64,000 nt of DNA, taken from positions 38,192,001 through 38,256,000 of the forward strand of contig OX597815.1 in the NCBI GenBank assembly GCA_951406725.2, read 5' to 3'. Below, piece by piece: positions 56,382 to 64,000 of the stretch; the stretch's first letter is position 1; every line of letters begins with the position of its first letter. A program made the translations under genes and the position numbers. The DNA comes from Octopus vulgaris. Lineage: Eukaryota. The notes under the pieces were generated by a model. It was not told where the DNA came from. It saw only the letters and a list, made by a program, of their open reading frames with translations, and ran no database searches.

Positions 56382-56996
56382 TAGTGCGTGCGTGTGTATG
56401 TGAGAGAGCGAGAAAATAAATAAATACGGAAAACTTTAGTAGGATGAGACAATACAAAACAGAAAGAAGGAGATAGTAAAATAGAGATATAGAGTGAGAA
56501 AGGGAGAGACAACGAATGAGGGAGAAAGAGAAAGAGAGAGAGAGAACATGTAGAATGTGTGTATGTCTGTTTGTGTGTGACTGAGTGTGTGTGTATGTGA
56601 GTGTATGTAGAAAAAGGAAATATAGCCTAAGTTGTAGCGAGACATTATTTTGTGAGAGTTGGTGAAACATAAACACTGATATATGTACTACATATACAGC
56701 TTAATGCTCTCATATAAGAAGGGATAAAAAGCGAAAAAGAAAAGGATAGAGAAAGAGAGTAAGAGAATGGGAGAGAGCATGAAATCTAATTGATTCTGTA
56801 TCTTCCTGGCTCCCTAGGAGAAAAACAGAACGAGTAAATCAATGAGAAATATCTGCTGTGGAGGTTAAAGTGGGTGTGTGTGTGTTTGTTTAACTATTGG
56901 AGACACTGGGTTATTAATAATGGAGATAAATATCCGAGACCCGCACAGACATAAATATGTGCCTCTCCTCTCTGTCTCCCCTTTTATATATTTGTA

Positions 56997-57195
56997 TACT
57001 CTTTACTCTTTTACTCGTTTCAGTCATTTGACTGCGGCCATGCTGGAGCACCGCCTTTAGTCGACCAAATCGACCCCGGGACTTAGTCTTTGTAAGCCTA
57101 GTACTTATTCTATCGGTCTCTTTTGCGGAACCGCTACGTTACGGGGACGTAAACACACCAGCATCGGTTGTCAAGAAATGCTAGGGGAACAAACA

Positions 57196-57241
<46 letters not shown>

Positions 57242-57410
57242 CATATATACGACAGGCTTATTTCAGTTTCCGTCTACCAAATCCACTCACAAGGCATTGG
57301 TCGGCCCGGGGCTATAGCAGAAGACACTTGCCCAAGATGCCACGCAGTGGGACTGAACCCGGAACCATGTGGTTGGTTAGCAAGCTACTTACCACACAGC
57401 CACTCCTATG
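56997..57410 (-). mobile_element. SINE family A, full length
   Basis: Close reverse-complement match to 10814..11220. Confidence 0.92.
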
Positions 57411-57527
57411 TATGCATGTACATAATGTATATGTATACATACATATACATATACATAAATATCATAAATATATATGCACATACATATACATATTATATAA
57501 CAAAAGAATAAATAAATGCGCCCTTTT

Positions 57528-57763
57528 AATGCGTAGCCAGGCTCATGGACCCGGTTTCCCGGTTTCTATGGCGTATGTGTTTCCCAGCTGGACGAGACGC
57601 TAGTCCATCGCAGCGTTACTCATTTTTGCCATCTGAGTGGACTGGAGCAACGTTAAATGAAGTGTTTTGCTCAAGAACACAACGCGTCGCCCGGTCCAGG
57701 AATCGAAGCCACAATCATACGATCACGATGCTGACACCCTAACCACTAAGCCGCGCACCTCCA
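57528..57763 (-). mobile_element. tRNA-derived SINE with a family C-like head
   Basis: Head ggaggtgcgcggcttagtggttagggtg...ggcttcgattcctgg. An inverted partial copy lies at 58112..58183 and a related copy at ~47990..48113. Confidence 0.8.
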
Positions 57764-57812
57764 CATACATATTATATACATATATTTATAAATATATATA
57801 TATATATATATG

Positions 57813-57877
<65 letters not shown>

Positions 57878-57974
57878 CGTGAAGGTTTACGAAAATAAAC
57901 AAAAGACGAAGGCAGGTGGAGTACAAACAAACGAAGGTATTAGTATGGCGCTCAAGAATAGAAATAGAACAAGT

Positions 57975-58010
57975 CTTTTACGTTTCGAGCCTACGCTCTT
58001 CGACAGAAAG
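57975..58010 (-). ncRNA. Minimal hammerhead-like motif in a solo PLE terminal fragment
   Basis: cttt CTGTCGA a gagc gtag gctc GAAAC GTA aaag. Homologous to 1..45 at the 3' end of the PLE RT. Confidence 0.6.
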
Positions 58011-58034
58011 AAACACAGAAAAGAAACAAGGAGA

Positions 58035-58099
<65 letters not shown>

Positions 58100-59578
58100 A
58101 TGTATATAATATGGAGGTGCGTGGCTTAGTGATCGTATGATTGTGGCTTCGATTCCTGGACCGGGTGACGCGTTGTGTTCAAGCAATCAGTCAATCAATC
58201 TCTCTATCTATTAATCTATCTACGTATATGTGAGTGTGTGTGCGTGTGTGCATGTGCTTGTGCATTTGAATATTTGCATATACCTAGATGTGTGTGTGTG
58301 TGAGTGCGAGCGCCCATGTGTATACATACAAATACACACAGATACACGCAAACGCACACATAAAAGATTATACATATATGCTTATACATAAAAGCTACTT
58401 AAGAGGTTATTAGCCGTTACATATAAGGAATAGTTGAAGAGCACCTGCTCTTCCTGCATATCCTTGATACATATAAGTCACATTCTCGTGTTCACTGATA
58501 AGCCCATTAGCATGCATCATGTACTTAACAAGGTCCACAAGCATTGACTTTGTCACAGAACATCCCGATGGCACTACATTTTTCTCTCTCTTTGTCTCTG
58601 TCTCATTCGCCCTCTCACCTTTCTCAGTCCCTCCCTCCACCATCTTCTTTCTCCTTCTTCCTTTCTGCTCGATATTTTCCACTCAAAATCACAGAGAACG
58701 AATCCGTTAGTACTAATACTACAGAACTGCATACTGGGGTGTATTGTACACTACACATCAGCGCTATTTACCAAAGCCAATACTACCGGCGCATGAAGTA
58801 AACTCGTATGTTTATACAAGCAGAGCAAGCTAGAATTTGACGTGCCAAACGATACTAATAGTCAAAAGTTACACAAAAAAATTTACTAGACATTGGCTTA
58901 CTTGTATTGCCCAAAAGATATTTCCTGCTTAAAACTGCCTCACTTTAATTATTGAACTGCCACATTTTGTCAAGTGACCCGGAGAGGCGGAAATGGATAT
59001 TCAGCAGGGGCACACCGGAAGTTCCTTAAGGAATACCGGTGTGGACAAGGATCGGCTCACGACAACATTTACGCGTTAGTAAACGGGTTCATTAATAATG
59101 TGGACGGCTGTACTGTACTGTATCATTTATAATATACATGACGTATCTTACATCGGTTGATCCAATCGTAAACTGAATATCTGCATTAAAGTTCACGTTT
59201 ATACAAACGTTTCCTCCAGCTTAAATCATTCGGAGAGATAGTCTTTTACACTCAAAGTAAAGAAAGAGATATTGGACATTTAAATAATAACCTTTCCTGG
59301 CTAAACTTCTTAATCCAAGCAAATTGTTTCATTAAATACAACCATTCCGCGTAAACTATAGCCTCTTCATTCTAGTGTTAGTTCCTCAAAAAATAACTGA
59401 TGAGTTATTTGAGCTAGCTCATCCTCTGAATTTTCATAAACGAATTTTATCACCGATATACAAAGTAAAATATATATATGTATATATAAAACTCTCGTTT
59501 GTATATAATTTCATTGATTTTTTTCCTTTCGTTTTCACTATTTGGGAATTTCATTGTATTGGATATTTTTAATATCAT

Positions 59579-59611
<33 letters not shown>

Positions 59612-61466
59612 TATGCGTGTGTGTGTGTAAATAAATATATATATATATATGTATATGTATGTATATATATATGTATATACGTATATGTGAGTGCGTGAAT
59701 TTGTGTATGTATATAGACAACACGCATTTGTGAGCGCGTGTATGTGTGTTTGTATATATATATGTGTGTGTGTGTGGTGTATATTGCCTCCTCACTTCTG
59801 TCTCCACTAGAAATATGCTGTCTGTTGTTCTTTCCAGTAATTGCATAGATGTATTTATGTACACTCATACTTGTATATATTTTCTTTTTTATATTTTCAG
59901 ATCGAGGGAATATTGTTACAAAAATTAGAGTTAAGATCTAAAATACACATTAAAAGAAAAAAATTTACGTATGTATTTTCTAATTTTTTTTTTTACTCTT
60001 ACGAAAGTCTATGAAAGAATTCTTCTCCTTCTCCACGTAACACATTTCTTCTCTAGTCATAAATGCATTACGGTACCTAAATACAATATTGTTTATATTG
60101 ATCACAAATATTTCTGAAAATATTTTGAAAGCAAAATGGATTTGATTGTGCATACAACAGCAAACTGACAATCCTCTCTGGCATGGCAAATACGAATAAG
60201 TCCAAACTAAAACCGACAATTCTACTGCAAAGACTAAACAAGTGGAAGAAATATTTCCAGTACATTCACGGTAATCCTCTAAAAGTTTTTCTATGTTGCT
60301 TTTTTTTTTTTTAGTTTTTAGTTTTCAATAGAACAAACAGTGATAACGTATTATATGAACTCACTGGAGTAGTAAAAAAACACAGGAACGCAGCTGACTT
60401 TCATAATGTACCACTTGAAGTTTGGAAGATAGAAACACTGAATAATACCTTCTGCTTTGTAAATACAATCAAAAGCCAAACAAATGGGTTGAAAATTGTA
60501 TTTTCCCATTCCCCAAGAAAAGATCATTTAGGCATGTCTAAAGATTGCAGAGAGAATACTATTACAAAACCAACAGTAAACCTCTTCAGTAAGTGCACTG
60601 TACTTTAAGAAGCGAAGTCAATGATCCAGCTATGCTGTTTAGTTTCTCGCTCCAGTGTCACATTCTATTGTTTGGGATTGAACCATACCTTGTGAGTGAA
60701 AACTGTACAGAAGTCCCGCCGAGTGAATTGTACCTGTAATTCTAAAGGTAGAGCCTATCATTCGGTACGCCATGCTGATTCTGCGATTATACATCTGTCT
60801 GTAAAATGCTCAGCCACTTACATGTCAATTAATGAACAGAAACGAACAACCGAAAAACACAGCTCAGTCAAACTTTTCTACAACAAAACTTGCGTTTCTT
60901 CTTTATGTTGAGCTAATCGGAAAAATTAAATCTATCTTCTTTTCGAAGATGGGTTTCGATCTGTTCTCAATCATGTCGATGGGAACTAATTTCTGAGAAT
61001 ATGAATTTGGACATTTGTGGTTTCTTGTTAGTAGATTTGTTACGGTATCATAGATTCAGAGAGCAACAAGGAAACAGTCGAACAAAGACAGAAGGGTTTG
61101 CTTTCATTTAGTTGTGTTAGTTCTGCATTGTCCTTGAATATAAGTTTGAACACACGATTCTTTGTTCTTGGTTGTGCAATTAGTCTATTAATTAACGCCA
61201 ACATTTCAATAGTGTTTGGAAGTGAAAACCGAGTATAATATTCTGAGATCATAATATTCCCATTAGATTCGATTTACTCAGAACGACGAATTTAGTACAT
61301 GAGTTGTATCACAAGTATCACCTTCACTGAGTCCATTCTCAAACTTATATTAGGGATTTTGTGTAGCAGTTATGATGAGAAATTCCGTCTGGAAGCCAAC
61401 TATAATGTTCTTCTGTGTAATGTTGATAGCCAAACTCACAGAACATGCTAAAATGAACGAGAACAC

Positions 61467-61536
61467 TGCATATGGCATAGTGGTTAAGAGCGTGGGTTAC
61501 TAACCCTCAGATTCCGAGTTGAATTGCAGGCAGTGA

Positions 61537-61540
<4 letters not shown>
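61467..61540 (+). mobile_element. Short tRNA-like SINE head followed by (AAT)n
   Basis: tggcatagtggttaagagcg (A-box-like)...gagttgaattgc (degenerate B-box). Confidence 0.6.
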
Positions 61541-61605
<65 letters not shown>

Positions 61606-61606
61606 G

Positions 61607-62163
61607 ATGCCCTGATGCAGTTCCAGGCAGTAGCTCTCATGGTTTTTGATCTTAACTGATTGGAAGTGTTATCATGTACATTGTTTTGTCTTGGTATAAA
61701 AGATGGGCTACAGCAAATATTCTGCTCAATACCACAGATTTGCTTGTCAGTTGTTTGACCTTAACCAGTTGAGCATGTCCCTTAGTGGCTGACGATATGT
61801 GCATCTCTGATCACGAGCAGAAGTAGTGGGGGAGCATCATAGCCATGTGTTGAGAGGGATTCTTTGGGATTTGAATAATTCACCTCTGGAAACATGGGTG
61901 GTTCTTTCAACATCCTTAAACAACTCTTATTCAGGGATCTTTTGAGCGGGATGGGCTACTCAACCTGAAGAAAATTCTAATTCGGCCCCACCTGCAAGGT
62001 GATGCGCTGTTTATCTTGATATGAGATCACCATGTCGCGCACATATAGTTGTGATGCATGTGCCTGGTGTACCCTTATCAGACGGGTAGTCATGATGGGT
62101 ATATTGGGCTTCATACATTTTACCCCAGTGTCACTTTGATGGCATGAACTGCTCTCTCACTCA
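61607..62163 (+). mobile_element. ~555-bp non-coding element flanked by (TAA)n
   Basis: End-to-end match with 15442..15998. Confidence 0.88.
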
Positions 62164-62183
62164 ATAATAATAATAATAATAAT

Positions 62184-62584
62184 ACCAAAAAACATGCCTC
62201 CTCATTGATATGACTGTCCCAATCGATATAAACGTATCTGTCAATACCTGTTGTCATAGGTGCCCTGGGAATGATAGCAAAAGGGGCTGATTGCTACCTA
62301 ACTCAGATACCAGGAAACCCCAAAATGGCAGAAATTCAAAAGATAGTGCTCATGGGAACTGCTCATATCCTACGCAAAATACTTTCTATGTAATCTCAAG
62401 TTTTAAAACAAACATAATTTCCGTATGGTCTTTTAGACATTCACTAGTACAACACTAAGTACAAAACCAAATATACGGTACCCTAGGCATAACACCAACA
62501 TGAACTTCCAACTTGTTGTCTCTTGAGGTCTCTGGGTGAGATTTGGAGCCAGCTTCTACAAATGTAAAGCAAAAGTCAAACATA

Positions 62585-62586
<2 letters not shown>
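62184..62586 (+). mobile_element. Dong/R4 LINE 3' end
   Basis: CLLIDMTVP...VVIGALGMI...EIQKIVLMGTAHILRKILSM*, 3' UTR, (AAT)n tail. Confidence 0.82.
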
Positions 62587-62671
<85 letters not shown>

Positions 62672-62673
<2 letters not shown>

Positions 62674-64000
62674 GCGATATCACTAAGCTAAATGACTTAG
62701 TATACGCAGCAGCCACTGCAGCCACAAAAGAAGCTGGATACTCACTCAAACCCCTCCAAACAGGAGTACCACCACCCAAACAAACCCTGTGGATAAATAA
62801 CATCCAAAACAAAATACAAAGAATGAGAAAAGATCTGTCAATTCTTAATGAAATCAGTAGACAATCAACGCTACTGAGCAACAAAAAGAAAACAAAAATA
62901 CTCCGCAAATATAACATCACAGAAAAAGATTTACCTGAGATAAAAGAAAAGCTGAAGCAAGATATCCTTGCCAAAGCACAAAGGATCCGCCAGTACGAGA
63001 AACGCCAGCGCTTCTTTGAACAAAACAAAAAGTTCAACTCCAACCCCAAAAAGTTCTACCAAGAACTTGGCAAAAATAAAATAGAAATCACTGCAGCACC
63101 AACGGCAGAAGAAGTTGAAGAATTCTGGAGAGAAATATGGTCGGCGAACGAACAACAAAAAACAACAACAAACTCAGCATCTGAGCAACGTTGGACCCCC
63201 ATAACAACTGAAGAGGTCACCCAGGCACTGCAAAGACTGGAAGGCACCTGGGCATGACAAGAACCCCAACTTCTGGTTGAAATATCTAACAGGAATGCAT
63301 AAAAAGCTGGCTGAAAATTTAACAACATACTAGCAGAGCCAGAGACAATGCTGAATGGCTCACGAAGTGGAAAACCATCTTAATTCCCAAATCAAATGAG
63401 ACAGTAAAACCAGAAAACTACAGACCAATAACCTGTCTCCCTACAATGTACAAGGCATTTACTGCAGTGATATCGCAAAGGTTGAACAAGCACCTGGACG
63501 AAAATAACCTGTTTCCAGAAGAGCAGAAAGGATGCCGCAAAGGCTCATATGGCTGTAAAGATCAACTAATGATTAATAAAGCCATAACTGAAGACAGCCA
63601 CAAAGAAGAAAGACCTCAGTATGGCCTGGATCGACTACAAAAAGGCGTTTGATAGCACCCCCCACACATGGATCCTCGAAACACTAGCCATTAACAAAGT
63701 AGCACCAACAATTATAAAATTCACAGAGCACACTATGAATAAATGGCAGACAGTGCTACAGCTCCAAACAAAAGAGGGACTCATGAAATCCAAAGCCATC
63801 CCCATTAGAAGAGGAATATTCCAGGGAGATACGCTCTCTCCACTCCTTTTCTGCTTGGCACTGTCATCTCTATCTGATATGCTAAATAGAACTGGATGCG
63901 GATATAAATGTCACGGCAAAACGATCAGCCACCTTTTATATATGGATGACCTAAAACTATACGCTGCAAATGACAAACAGCTGGAAACACTATTAAAGAC
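62672..64000 (+). mobile_element. Dong/R4 LINE RT region, runs off the window
   Basis: AKAQRIRQYEKR, NYRPITCLPTMYK, EEQKGCRKGSYGCKDQLMINK, GIFQGDTLSPLLF and HLLYMDDLKLY, with several frameshifts. Confidence 0.9.

Overview
Eukaryotic, AT-rich and extremely microsatellite-rich genomic DNA. The SINE families and repeat mix suggest an octopod cephalopod (inference). I can support no host protein-coding gene, and almost all short ORFs in the track are microsatellite translations. The window is a mosaic of mobile DNA: one near-intact ~6.1 kb Helitron (Rep/helicase ORF with one frameshift and nine 23-aa STPR-like repeats), a decayed second Helitron and two non-autonomous Helitrons, Dong/R4-clade LINE pieces nested in (TAA)n arrays, Penelope-like (PLE) fragments, an RTE 3' end, Chapaev, two Tc1/mariner and hAT relics, and at least three tRNA-derived SINE families. 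The most interesting signals are (1) about 8 minimal hammerhead-ribozyme-like motifs plus several non-coding fold-back palindromes sitting in (TA)n tracts, possibly PLE-derived non-autonomous ribozyme elements; (2) a ~555-bp non-coding element found only between (TAA)n tracts beside Dong LINEs; (3) a two-sided palindromic Helitron terminator downstream of a Helitron whose own 3' end is damaged; and (4) a SINE/RTE pair sharing a 3' tail.
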